A DNA stretch of 64,000 nucleotides from Nanobdellota archaeon. GTDB lineage: Archaea > Nanobdellota > Nanobdellia > Pacearchaeales > GW2011-AR1. Under the pieces are notes generated by a model, which saw only the letters and a program-made list of their open reading frames with translations, was not told the origin of the DNA and searched no databases. How positions within the stretch are numbered: the stretch's first letter is position 1; every line of letters starts with the position of its first letter. Of this stretch, positions 29,385-39,225 are shown in pieces. The DNA lies in the NCBI GenBank assembly GCA_018830525.1, contig JAHJSH010000029.1, forward strand, positions 105,697 through 169,696, given 5' to 3'. A program made the translations under genes and the position numbers.

Positions 29385-30092
29385 ATGGAAACCATCGAAA
29401 AAACACAAGAAAAAATTTCTGTTGTTAGTGATATCAATGTTAGTTTAGCTAATGCGATTCGAAGAAGTGTTAATGAGATCCCAGTTTTAGCGATTGATGA
29501 AGCAGATGTTTACAAGAATGATTCTGCACTCTATGATGAAATTATTGTCCATAGATTGGGGCTTATTCCATTGAAGAATCAAAAGATGAAGGTGGGGCAA
29601 GATATAGAGATGAAGTTTAAGGTTAAAGGAAAAGGGGAGAGAACAGAAGTTCTTTCTGGTGAGCTCGGAGATCAGGCAGTTTATCAAGATATGCCAATTG
29701 TTATTTTGAGCGAAGGTCAAGAAATTGAAATTGTTGCTCGAGCAAGGGCCGGACTTGGAATTAATCATGCGAAGTTTTCTCCGGGAATTCTTTTTTACAA
29801 ACATTTACCAAAGATTAAAATTTCGGGGGAGAGCGAGAAGCAAAGTGAACTTGCAGAGATTTATCCAGAAGCATTTGAAATGTTTGGTGAAAAATTGAAA
29901 GTTAAGAATGCTGCGGAATTTGATTTGGAAACCGCGGACCTTAAAGATTATCCGGGTATCGAGGTAAGTTATGGTGATGATTTGGTTTTGACTGTAGAGT
30001 CATGGGGCCAGATGGATGCAAAGGATGTTTTTGTAGAGGCGTGTAAGGCTTTGAAAGGAAATCTTTCTGAAGTCTCTAAAGTATTAAAGTAA
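29385..30092 (+). CDS. rpoD: RNA polymerase subunit D (Rpo3)
   Basis: ANAIRR, NDSALYDE..HRLGLIPL and HAKFSP motifs. Confidence 0.93.
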   Translation: METIEKTQEKISVVSDINVSLANAIRRSVNEIPVLAIDEADVYKNDSALYDEIIVHRLGLIPLKNQKMKVGQDIEMKFKVKGKGERTEVLSGELGDQAVYQDMPIVILSEGQEIEIVARARAGLGINHAKFSPGILFYKHLPKIKISGESEKQSELAEIYPEAFEMFGEKLKVKNAAEFDLETADLKDYPGIEVSYGDDLVLTVESWGQMDAKDVFVEACKALKGNLSEVSKVLK

Positions 30093-30125
30093 TGTGGGAA
30101 ATGCCTTCGCTTTTTCCGTCACTAC

Positions 30126-30331
30126 GGGGAAATGCCGGAGCTGTTCGCGATTTACATTCGCGGATGATCAGAAACCAAGTTGGCGCGAAAGCGAATCGCT
30201 CAGTCAAACGCCGTTTTCCCGCCCAAATGGGGAAATGCCGGAGCTGTTCGCGATTTACATTCGCGGATGATCAGAAACCAAGTTGGCGCGAAAGCGAATC
30301 GCTCAGTCAAACGCCGTTTTCCCGCCCAAAT
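30126..30331 (+). repeat. Two 103-bp tandem units: tRNA-Leu 5' end interrupted by a family A element
   Basis: Units start at 30126 and 30229; intact tRNA starts at 30332. Confidence 0.92.
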
Positions 30332-30414
30332 GGGGAAATGCCGGAGCGGTCAAACGGGATACGTTAAGGTCGTATTGGCTTATGCCTACGGGGGTTCGAA
30401 TCCTCCTTTCCCCA
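30332..30414 (+). tRNA. tRNA-Leu(AAG)
   Basis: Stem ATACG/CGTAT, loop TT-AAG-GT, long variable arm; between rpoD and rpl18e. Confidence 0.9.
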
Positions 30415-30437
30415 TGGAGAGAAATAGAAATAAGAAA

Positions 30438-30851
30438 ATGGAAACAAAAGTAAACAAAACAAGAATAGGGAAGAGTGAACCTAAGGGTTCTCACCTTCTA
30501 ATTTCGAAAAGCAAAATTGAAAGAAGGATGAAGCACAAAATGGATGCTTCTTTAGTTGAAACTATAATCTTGTTGAAGAAGACGAATCCAGTTGTTGCTA
30601 AGGAACTTGCAAGACCGAAGCGAAGATGGCCTGCAGTTAATTTGAAGGATATTGATATGGTTAAGGGAGATGTTTTAGTTGCTGGAAAAGTTTTGAGTGC
30701 GGGAGAATTGAGCGGGGCGAAAAAGATTGTTGCTTGGGCCGTTTCTGCAAAAGCTTTGGAAAAAATTAAGGAAGCTAAAGGAACTTTTATCACAGTTCAA
30801 GAAGAGATGAAGAAAAATCCTCAATTAAATGGTTATGATATTTTACGATGA
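30438..30851 (+). CDS. rpl18e: 50S ribosomal protein L18e
   Basis: P.RR..VNL and VAGKVL.G motifs; start after the tRNA, exact ATG uncertain. Confidence 0.88.
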   Translation: METKVNKTRIGKSEPKGSHLLISKSKIERRMKHKMDASLVETIILLKKTNPVVAKELARPKRRWPAVNLKDIDMVKGDVLVAGKVLSAGELSGAKKIVAWAVSAKALEKIKEAKGTFITVQEEMKKNPQLNGYDILR

Positions 30852-31261
30852 GTAAATTAATTTACGACGGAAAAGGCGCAATTTTTGGTAGATTTGCGAG
30901 TGTCGTTGCTAAAGATTTGTTGAAAGGAAATTCTGTTGATTTGATTAATTGTGAAGAGATAATTATTTCGGGCGATAAGAGGTTATTTGCTAAGAAGATT
31001 TTAGCTAAACGAGCAATGGGTAGTGGAAGTTCAATGAAAGGACCTAAGTATATCCGGGTTGCTGATCGATTGGTTAAGAGAATGATTCGGGGGATGTTGC
31101 CAAGAGATAGAGCAAAGGGGCGGGAAGCGTTTAAGAGATTGAAGTGTTATGAAGGTAACGGTCCTTTGAAGGACGATGATTTGAAAGATATTAAAAGTTT
31201 TGCGCACAAGAAGCCTATGAAGTATTCGACAATTAAAGAAATCGTGGAGATATTGAAATGA
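30848..31261 (+). CDS. rpl13: 50S ribosomal protein L13
   Basis: GRFAS.VAK and RMIRGMLP motifs. Confidence 0.95.
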   Translation: MSKLIYDGKGAIFGRFASVVAKDLLKGNSVDLINCEEIIISGDKRLFAKKILAKRAMGSGSSMKGPKYIRVADRLVKRMIRGMLPRDRAKGREAFKRLKCYEGNGPLKDDDLKDIKSFAHKKPMKYSTIKEIVEILK

Positions 31262-31659
31262 ATAAAATAGTCGTTTCAGGAAAGAGGAAAACTGCGGTTG
31301 CTAAGGCGACGATTGAAGATGGTAAAGGAAATTTTACTTTTAATAAAAGACCATTGACAGTATTATCTGATTTACAACAGTTAGAGGTTAGTGAACCTTT
31401 GATTATTGCTAAAGATGTTCTGGGAGAATTGAAATTTGATATTTCTTTGAATGTTACGGGGGGTGGAATTGCTTGTCAGGTTGAGGCGGCCCGGTTGGCG
31501 ATTGCTAAGGCTGTTGTTCAATTTACTAAGAACGAAGATTTGCGGGCGGCGTTCTTGGCGTATGATAGAAATATGTTGATTGCAGATACTCGAAGAAAGG
31601 AAGCTTGTAAGCCAGGGGATTCTAAAGCTCGAGCAATGAGACAGACTTCATTTAGGTAG
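31258..31659 (+). CDS. rps9: 30S ribosomal protein S9
   Basis: GKRKTAVA, GGG, YDR and QTSFR motifs. Confidence 0.95.
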   Translation: MNKIVVSGKRKTAVAKATIEDGKGNFTFNKRPLTVLSDLQQLEVSEPLIIAKDVLGELKFDISLNVTGGGIACQVEAARLAIAKAVVQFTKNEDLRAAFLAYDRNMLIADTRRKEACKPGDSKARAMRQTSFR

Positions 31660-31695
31660 AGATACTTTTTGGGAAATTGTGGTGGTGTTAATAAT

Positions 31696-32025
31696 ATGGC
31701 AGATGAGCGAGGAATTAGCGAAAGTGAATTAGAAAAAGAGATGAATGATGTTCTTAAAAGTTTTTTGAATAATGAAGATAAAAAAGGAATCTATAATGAT
31801 GGCAATCTTGAAGATTTAGAAAGATTTCTTCAATTAGAAATCCGGAGAGGAGCTGACCTTTATGCATATGAAAGGTTTATAGATTTAGGAAAAAAATATT
31901 TCCCTGAAGAAAATTGGTCTAAACAAGAGACCTTATTGAGTCAATTGAGGGAGGCTTATGGAAGTATAGATTCTATCGGAACTAAGTTTGCTAACATCAT
32001 CAAAAAAGCCAGAGAGATACAATAA
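31696..32025 (+). CDS. Hypothetical protein
   Basis: ORF filling the gap after rps9. Confidence 0.55.
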   Translation: MADERGISESELEKEMNDVLKSFLNNEDKKGIYNDGNLEDLERFLQLEIRRGADLYAYERFIDLGKKYFPEENWSKQETLLSQLREAYGSIDSIGTKFANIIKKAREIQ

Positions 32026-32027
32026 AA

Positions 32028-32561
32028 TTATTTCTTTCGAGGTCTCAAATAATCTTTTAACTTTCTTTGAACTGCGTAAAATATTTCTGGGCTGATGATT
32101 GCAGGGTGGTCGCCTTTGTGGATTCGACCGTCGAATTTTATTTCTCCAAGGTAAGTTCTATTTGTTAAAACTTTTTTTAATCCGTTGACAGAGAGTGAGA
32201 AATTTTTTGAGAGGGAATTAAGCGAGTAGTTTCTAGCGAGGAATGTTTTGAAGAGGGAGTGGACTCGAACGGCGTCTTTATTTGGAGTTAGGTTTCCGTT
32301 TACGACGTCATATCCTAGGGGGGGTCTTGTTTGGAGTCTTCCGATTGTTGCCATTTTTTGCATTCCAGATTTTTGTTTATCTCCAGAATGCTGGCCATAT
32401 TTCCTAAAGCTATCCAAAATCTTCCAATCAATTTGTTCGGCAACATAATCTTGGAAGTCATGGACTTTTTCTGGGGCGAATTTCGCGCAGATAGAACATA
32501 ACGGACTTCCAAAAAGGATCACTTCTTTTTTCTCTTGGTAGCCACATTTTTTGCATGCCAT
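32028..32561 (-). CDS. Zn-finger plus recombinase DNA-binding domain protein, no catalytic resolvase domain
   Basis: PPLGY, LTNRTYLG and HPAIISPEIF..VQ motifs; N-terminal CxxC..CxxC. Confidence 0.75.
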   Translation of the reverse strand: MACKKCGYQEKKEVILFGSPLCSICAKFAPEKVHDFQDYVAEQIDWKILDSFRKYGQHSGDKQKSGMQKMATIGRLQTRPPLGYDVVNGNLTPNKDAVRVHSLFKTFLARNYSLNSLSKNFSLSVNGLKKVLTNRTYLGEIKFDGRIHKGDHPAIISPEIFYAVQRKLKDYLRPRKK

Positions 32562-32611
32562 ACTTTTGAGAAGGGGAGAGAATTTATAAAATGTCTTGTA
32601 GTATATCGCTT

Positions 32612-33046
32612 ATGGAAAGAAAGGGGAGTGCGCTTTTGATTATTGCGATTATCTTAGGGAGCCTAGCAGTTGTAGTAGTTGGAACAGGAGTTTATTTTTA
32701 TGAGGTTCATGTTTTTAAGGAAGTGCGGTTATGCCTCGGAGATCCTACAGATACAAATTTTTCTTGTTCGATGATTCAGGATTGTTTGGATAAGGTTGAA
32801 GAGTTACAGACGGAATATAATATAAGTGAACTTCCAAAGTTTGCTAGAGAGAAATTGGAAATGCTTTCAGATGAAGCAGTTTATTGTGAAGGAACTTGTA
32901 AGGTTAAAGAGGTTCGTGGGATAAATTTCCAGACTTATGAGCTTGAAGATTTGGAATCTTGTGATGCGGACGAGACAGAGGTCTTGATTGAGATTAAGGG
33001 AAAAGAGGGACTTCAGATTTGGGACTATATGAAAGGGATGGAATAA
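32612..33046 (+). CDS. Membrane-anchored Cys-rich hypothetical protein
   Basis: RKG|S followed by a hydrophobic helix (class III signal-like). Confidence 0.6.
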   Translation: MERKGSALLIIAIILGSLAVVVVGTGVYFYEVHVFKEVRLCLGDPTDTNFSCSMIQDCLDKVEELQTEYNISELPKFAREKLEMLSDEAVYCEGTCKVKEVRGINFQTYELEDLESCDADETEVLIEIKGKEGLQIWDYMKGME

Positions 33047-33097
33047 TATACTTTGAATCACAATAAAAGTTAAAAGGAATTCTAGATAGTTTTGTTT

Positions 33098-33643
33098 ATG
33101 GGGTTAACTCTTTATGTTGGTGCTGATGAAGCAGGACATGGTAGCCGAAAAAGTGATGAAATTATTGTCGCTGCATTTTCCCTCTATCATGGGGATGGGG
33201 GGAAGATTCACATCCCTGTTGGAAGAAATTCCAATTCGGCGAAGAACTATCTTGCTACGCAGGGGAAGGGATGGTTATTTACTCTGAATGGAAAATTTGC
33301 TCGAGAGAGTTTGACATTAGAAGTTCCGGGACTTATTGATTACTGGGTAAGGAAAAATGATTTGGCAAAAGATGATTTGAGAATCGCTTCGGCATTTGAT
33401 GGGGAGTTAAATTTAGGGAGACAAGAACAATTTAAGGAAGAAATGAGGAGAAGATATAATTTTTCTGAGGATATAGATATAAGGCATCATGCGAAGACCC
33501 AGCACATTGGGAAAAGGAAGGAAAAATCTTATGACTCTAAACTCGTCTGGGCCGCAGATTCTATAGCAAGTAATCTTTTTATGGAATCTCGTAAAAAAAT
33601 TAATCTTCGAGGCCATCAGCAATACGTTCCTGTGGAGAATTAG
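33098..33643 (+). CDS. RNase H-fold protein (RNase HII/DUF3800-like)
   Basis: YVGADEAG, AFDG and AADSIA acidic motifs. Confidence 0.55.
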   Translation: MGLTLYVGADEAGHGSRKSDEIIVAAFSLYHGDGGKIHIPVGRNSNSAKNYLATQGKGWLFTLNGKFARESLTLEVPGLIDYWVRKNDLAKDDLRIASAFDGELNLGRQEQFKEEMRRRYNFSEDIDIRHHAKTQHIGKRKEKSYDSKLVWAADSIASNLFMESRKKINLRGHQQYVPVEN

Positions 33644-34461
33644 TTTAGTGTATCTATGGGTGATTTTATTTTTTTGAGTTCTTCGGTTGATACGTGAGTA
33701 TAGATTTGTGTTGTTGAAAGGTCGGCGTGTCCTAAGAGTTCTTGAATTTTCCTGATGTCGACATTATCCTCCAGTAAATGAGTAGCGAAGGAGTGTCGGA
33801 GGGTGTGGCAATGGGCTTCATTTAGGCCGGCTCGTTTTGCTGCGAATGAAACAATCTTTTGGAGATTTCTTGTGGAAAGTTTTCCACTCTTTCCGGTAAA
33901 TAAAAATTCTTTGCCTTCCTGCTTCTTCGCTTGGGATTGAAGTTCTTCTAATAAAAATTCTGGGATGTTGAATATTCTGTCTTTGTTTCCTTTCGCTTGA
34001 CGGATGTGCCCTATTTTTTCTGGGAAATTAAAATCTACAATTTTTAAGTTGACCAGTTCAGAGACTCGGAACCCGCAAGCATACATTAACTTAACCATAA
34101 GTTTTGATTTTTCAGTTTTAATTACATCGAATAATTTTTTAACTTCGTCTTTTGAAAGAGTTATTGGAAGTCTCTGTTCTTTTTTTGGTCGTTTGATTTG
34201 GGCGGTTATATCTTTTTGAAGAATTGAGGAGTAAGCATACTTAATCGCGGCGAGAAAAAGAATTATAGAGGTCGCTGCCTTATCGGTTAAGTTATTTGCC
34301 ATAAACTGTTTTATGTCGTCGCTGTTTATTTCTTCAGGCAATTTATTTGCGGATTCTAAGAGTTTTTGGTTTGCATCCAGATAATTTCGGAGAGTATATT
34401 CAGAATTTTTTGAGATTTTTAATTCTGTTTCAAGTTTTTTTAGAAATTCTTCAGCATTCAT
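33640..34461 (-). CDS. xerA: XerA-like tyrosine recombinase
   Basis: GFRVSEL, KGNKDR, HTLRHSFATH and LLGH...TTQIY motifs. Confidence 0.9.
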   Translation of the reverse strand: MNAEEFLKKLETELKISKNSEYTLRNYLDANQKLLESANKLPEEINSDDIKQFMANNLTDKAATSIILFLAAIKYAYSSILQKDITAQIKRPKKEQRLPITLSKDEVKKLFDVIKTEKSKLMVKLMYACGFRVSELVNLKIVDFNFPEKIGHIRQAKGNKDRIFNIPEFLLEELQSQAKKQEGKEFLFTGKSGKLSTRNLQKIVSFAAKRAGLNEAHCHTLRHSFATHLLEDNVDIRKIQELLGHADLSTTQIYTHVSTEELKKIKSPIDTLN

Positions 34462-34557
34462 TTTTCACCTCTAAGATTGTACGAACTTTGGGTTTAAATT
34501 ATTATTGCATAAGTTTTTATATTTTGATTTGGTATAATGAGGGTGGAAGAAAAAGAG

Positions 34558-34824
34558 ATGTTTAAAGCGGTTTGTTCCGACTGTGGGCAGGAATGTGAAA
34601 TTCCGTTTAAGCCGACAGAAGGACGTCCGGTTAAATGCAGAGACTGTTTCAGAAAGGGCCGGCCTCAGCGAGATAATTCTCGGGGCGGAGGAAATTTCAG
34701 ACGAGAGCGGAGAGATTTCGATGTGACTTGCGCCGAATGCGGAAAAGAAACAACAGTCCCTTTCAAACCGACACAAGGCAAGCCAGTTCTTTGCAGAGAT
34801 TGTTTTAAAAAACCACAAAATTGA
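34558..34824 (+). CDS. Tandem CxxC-x17-CxxC domain protein
   Basis: Two CxxC...PFKP...PV.CRDCF repeats. Confidence 0.88.
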   Translation: MFKAVCSDCGQECEIPFKPTEGRPVKCRDCFRKGRPQRDNSRGGGNFRRERRDFDVTCAECGKETTVPFKPTQGKPVLCRDCFKKPQN

Positions 34825-35312
34825 TTTTCGTTTAACCGAATAACTATTATCTTTATTCATAGTAGGACTTTTTAGATATCTGAAATTATGGTGACAGCGA
34901 TGCTGATTTTATATTTTTTTGGAGTTTTATTCTATGATTTTTGAAGATTTGGGGTTCTCACTTACCTCTGACTGTTTTTTGTTAGATATTTTTATTGGTA
35001 TACTTGAGGTCTCACATTTCTTGGAAGGGGGTTGAATTTTTTATTTTTTCTAACTCTTCCACCGCGGGCGTACCCCTTCTTCGGAAGGGGCAACTTTTTC
35101 TGATCAAAAGTTCGAGTTTGCTAACTCTCACTTTTTCACTTGAAAATATGTGGGAATTAAAAAATTCAAATTTTAGAATTTTAGAAATAGAAAAGTGGCG
35201 ATTAAGCGTTTTAAGGTGCCAAGAATCGATTTTTTTGTTCAAAACGAGTAAGGAATCAGCTCAAATGCTTAAAATTCCTGGAAGGGGGCTTGAAATTTGC
35301 CGGAGAAATATT

Positions 35313-35798
35313 CTAATTTTGGAGTGAAGCTCTTTTATGAAAGTCAATTTTTTCATCAAGTGGCAAGTCAAATCCTTTTTCTTTGAGGATTTTAAAGATT
35401 TCTGGACGGAAGTTGAAATTATTGATCATCCGGTGATGGTTTGGGCAGAGTCCGATTAAGTTTTTTGGCGAGTTGTTCTGTTTGTTCTTGTCGATATGGT
35501 GGAGATCGACGATTTTGTCGAAGCCGCATATGACGCATTCTTTGGTTGTTTTTCGGTAGGTTTGGAGGTCAACGTTGTTCGATTTTCGGGCGTTGTAAGC
35601 CTTGTTTTTGTCTAGATGGAATAGGGAGTTGTAGCAGCCAGCGCAGAGGCCTTTTGCGTGAAGGGCCATTTCCCGTTTGCATCGCTTGCATTTTTGGATC
35701 TTAGGTTTCCAGTTGAGCTTTTTGTAACAGGGATAGCAAAGGCCCTTGGCATGATGTTCTTTTTCTTGAGAGCAGTTGCTGCATTTTTTTATCACCAT
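35313..35798 (-). CDS. Zn-finger repeat plus HNH protein
   Basis: Two CxxC..HAKGLCxxCY repeats, then CVIC..DLHH..NN..NL..LCPNHH. Confidence 0.8.
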   Translation of the reverse strand: MVIKKCSNCSQEKEHHAKGLCYPCYKKLNWKPKIQKCKRCKREMALHAKGLCAGCYNSLFHLDKNKAYNARKSNNVDLQTYRKTTKECVICGFDKIVDLHHIDKNKQNNSPKNLIGLCPNHHRMINNFNFRPEIFKILKEKGFDLPLDEKIDFHKRASLQN

Positions 35799-35888
35799 GT
35801 CCTAGAAAAAGCGTTCGCATATTAAAAACTTTGTGCAAACGGGCCATTTTCGTTCGTTTTGGCATGGAAGAACGTCATACAATCTATA

Positions 35889-36269
35889 TTATGCGAACTC
35901 GAGACTTTCTGGAGCCATTTTTCGGCGTGTATCATATCTTAGCGGGGTGGGAGAGTCTTTTTGTTCAGTCATATCGTAAGTAAAGAGCCAATGGCCGCCC
36001 TTGGTCACTGAAAAGGATCTTTCATAAGCCAAAGGATTTTCTCTGAATTTTCTTTCGATTTTCTTTAGTGTGGGAGAGCTTTTGGGCAAGGCATTTAGGG
36101 AAAAGCTTTCTATATCTGCAAATTCCACAAGGCCATCTAAATACTGGCTTAAAGCCAATGTGGCCCCTTCCCTTGTTTCTCCGGCCCCACATTCGTCATA
36201 TTTACTACAACGATTGGTGTATTTGCCCGATTGCTTGTCTTTGTAGAGAAAGGAAATAAATATCTTCAT
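35889..36269 (-). CDS. Hypothetical protein, HicB-like N-terminus
   Basis: Beta-rich start followed by GETREGA resembling the HicB G.T.EEA motif. Confidence 0.4.
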   Translation of the reverse strand: MKIFISFLYKDKQSGKYTNRCSKYDECGAGETREGATLALSQYLDGLVEFADIESFSLNALPKSSPTLKKIERKFRENPLAYERSFSVTKGGHWLFTYDMTEQKDSPTPLRYDTRRKMAPESLEFA

Positions 36270-36365
36270 TTTTGATTAAAATTTCTGAAATTTTTAAGGA
36301 TTTATGTTGTCTAGGGCGTACCAAATTTCTGTCTCTGTGCCTGACGATTGTGCACTTTGGTTAAC

Positions 36366-36393
36366 TTAGTGCATAATACACTTTATAAGTTAT
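36366..36393. other. Candidate dif-like site
   Basis: TTAGTGCATAA-TACACT-TTATAAGTTAT (11-6-11), about 1.9 kb from xerA. Confidence 0.35.
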
Positions 36394-36497
36394 TTTGGTG
36401 GGAGGATTTTGTTAAAAATTTGACTGAAATTTGAGAAAAAAATAAGGTGCCCAAGGGTTGCTTGGACAGATAAAAAATTGATAAAAATTATTTGTTT

Positions 36498-36701
36498 TTA
36501 CTTCTTGAAAACTGCAAGGATTACGCTGATGATTGCACCGACTACTACGACCCAACCAGCAATTTGAACAATGATTCCACTGGCTATGTCACTTATCCCT
36601 GGGATCGTTAGAACTTTATTAATCATCCCAGACCCAACAGCTAGTGCTACGATCACACCGACGACCCACGCAAAGATTCCTACAATTGTATTATCTGCCA
36701 T
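36498..36701 (-). CDS. Small two-TM membrane protein
   Basis: Hydrophobic ORF with GGAGGT RBS. Confidence 0.7.
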   Translation of the reverse strand: MADNTIVGIFAWVVGVIVALAVGSGMINKVLTIPGISDIASGIIVQIAGWVVVVGAIISVILAVFKK

Positions 36702-36711
36702 GTTTACCTCC

Positions 36712-37002
36712 TTATCTTTTTTTTCTCCGTGCCGTGAAATGGAAAAATACCATTGCCAACACGAATGAAATTATGATTGTAAGGAGGAAAGAATCGGTTA
36801 AAGTTGTTGTATACCCAAAGTATTCTGTGACCGAATTTAGGCTTGAAACTTTGTCTGGATTTAGACTACAAAGAGTCCATTTATATATCGGGGGATAGAG
36901 TGCTGCAGACTTCCGGCAAGGGACAATTGGAATGATTATTGAGGCTACCAAAACTGCCGCAGAAACTAACGCGGAGTATATCAACCTTCTTTTAAATATC
37001 AT
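36712..37002 (-). CDS. Small membrane protein
   Basis: Two TM helices with paired Cys. Confidence 0.65.
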   Translation of the reverse strand: MIFKRRLIYSALVSAAVLVASIIIPIVPCRKSAALYPPIYKWTLCSLNPDKVSSLNSVTEYFGYTTTLTDSFLLTIIISFVLAMVFFHFTARRKKR

Positions 37003-37068
37003 ATTTTTGTTAAGATTTTGAAGTTTATAATTGTTTTGGAAGCAAAAATCTCATAAATTTAGGGGGTT

Positions 37069-37663
37069 GTTTGGACAGATTCAAACACTTAGGGGTGTTA
37101 AAACATTCTTTTTTGGTGTTTGGACAGCCGTTTAAGTGTTTTTTCACTCCACGAAGATAGTTTAAATAGTTTATCGACGATAAAAGTTAGTGTTTATGAA
37201 TTGGACAGCCAAGTTATTTTGGTTGTTTTGGGGGTTATTTCAGTTAGTTTGGTGTTTGGGTGATTGTTTTTTGGTGTTTGTTGTCCAAACACCGCGAAAC
37301 ATTTATAAAGAAAGCTGTTTAGAAGTTAGTAAGATGTTTGGTTTATTTGGTCATAAAAAGAGAATCGAAAAGTTAAGAACTGAAGTCCAGGATTCTTTTA
37401 ATCATGTGAAGAAAGACTTTAATAAAGTTGGTGAATGGATTAAACATCTCGACGATAAACATTCATCTCATGAGGGGGAAATTTCTAGTATCAAAAATCA
37501 ACTTATGACTATCCATGAGGACCTTATGGAGCTAAAAGATTTCGTTTCTTTCTTTGGTCCACAGATTTCTAAGGGGCTGTCCAAACAAACACAAACGAGC
37601 GTGGTAAAACAACCATTGAGGGGGGCTGTCCAAACACTTGTCCAAACGGGTGTCCAAACAGAC
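37069..37663. repeat. Iteron-like TGTCCAA(AC) repeats around and inside a wHTH gene
   Basis: Reverse copies at 37069, 37118, 37201 (also 36462); forward copies at 37282, 37578, 37627, 37639, 37651. Confidence 0.75.
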
Positions 37664-37945
37664 GTTTTAGAGAATTTAACAGTAATGGAACGGGCAATTG
37701 TGTGGGCATTATTAAACTCTGAGATGAGATTAAGTTATGAAGATCTTGCTGCCCTATTAGGTAAAGATAAGAGTACTATAAGGGGCCAAATTAACGCGAT
37801 TAAACAGAAGAGTGAAGGTTTAATTGAAGAGTCTAGAGAGGTAAATGGTAAGAAAAGGCTCTATATTCCTGATGAAATCCGTACAATGGTGGTCAAAGGC
37901 GTAAAAGTGAAAATAAAGGGATCAAATAAAGGTCAAAAAGAGTGA
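37334..37945 (+). CDS. Coiled-coil plus C-terminal winged-helix protein
   Basis: Heptad N-terminus, VQT-repeat linker, LT..ER..LSYEDLA..LGKDKSTIR..I HTH. Confidence 0.8.
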   Translation: MFGLFGHKKRIEKLRTEVQDSFNHVKKDFNKVGEWIKHLDDKHSSHEGEISSIKNQLMTIHEDLMELKDFVSFFGPQISKGLSKQTQTSVVKQPLRGAVQTLVQTGVQTDVLENLTVMERAIVWALLNSEMRLSYEDLAALLGKDKSTIRGQINAIKQKSEGLIEESREVNGKKRLYIPDEIRTMVVKGVKVKIKGSNKGQKE

Positions 37946-38470
37946 AAACGTGAAAAGTGAGAGTTAGGGAGGTAAATTTGGCTTAAAAATTGGTAGTTTT
38001 TTAAGTAAACGAAGTGAAAAAGTGAGGTCTTTTTGGCATATATCCTATTCACTGGAAAAGTGAGATGCGGAGGATATCTGGCTTTAAGTGAAAAGGTGAG
38101 GTTTGGAAGATAAATGAGCCAAATTTTGCGAAAAAATGACATGCCCAAATAGGAAAGATTTGGGGTTATGGGGAGAGAGTTAAGAGTTAATTTTTAGTTT
38201 GGATGTTCGCGACATACTTGAAATGTTCAGGGCAAAAGTGAGGAATTAACTAATCGTTTAACCGAATAACTATAGTTTTAACTGGATTCATGGCAAAAAG
38301 TTTGCTTATAAATCTAGTAGAAATAATATTTTATCGTCGATAAATTAATAGTTTTTGGAGTAGGAGAGTTTGTGTATAAAATGGCCAAAAGTTGGTTATT
38401 TTAGTCTTATAATTCCCTTAACTTGAAAATTGTGTCTAAAGTAACGTTTAAAGTAAACGTTTCATGAATC

Positions 38471-39106
<636 letters not shown>

Positions 39107-39225
39107 TACTTTTTTAGAACTTTCTAGTTTATAATGTTAGTTGTTTTAAGAACTATAGTTCTGTTTTTAGTGTTTTTGAAAAAATCCTTTCATAATAGAA
39201 TTACTTTTGAGAATTTATTAAAATT

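Noticed and set aside
30358..30375. Reading the anticodon as TAA
   Set aside because: The 5-bp stem ATACG/CGTAT centres the 7-nt loop on AAG.
30180..30437. Long N-terminal extension of L18e in the ORF track
   Set aside because: It reads through the tandem repeat and the tRNA-Leu gene.
34995..35327. ORFs 34995-35327 (+) and 35012-35242 (-)
   Set aside because: No motifs and low complexity; the region is better explained as non-coding.
37190..37333. Upstream start of the wHTH ORF
   Set aside because: It covers the repeat-rich promoter; TTTATAAA at 37302 favours the ATG at 37334.
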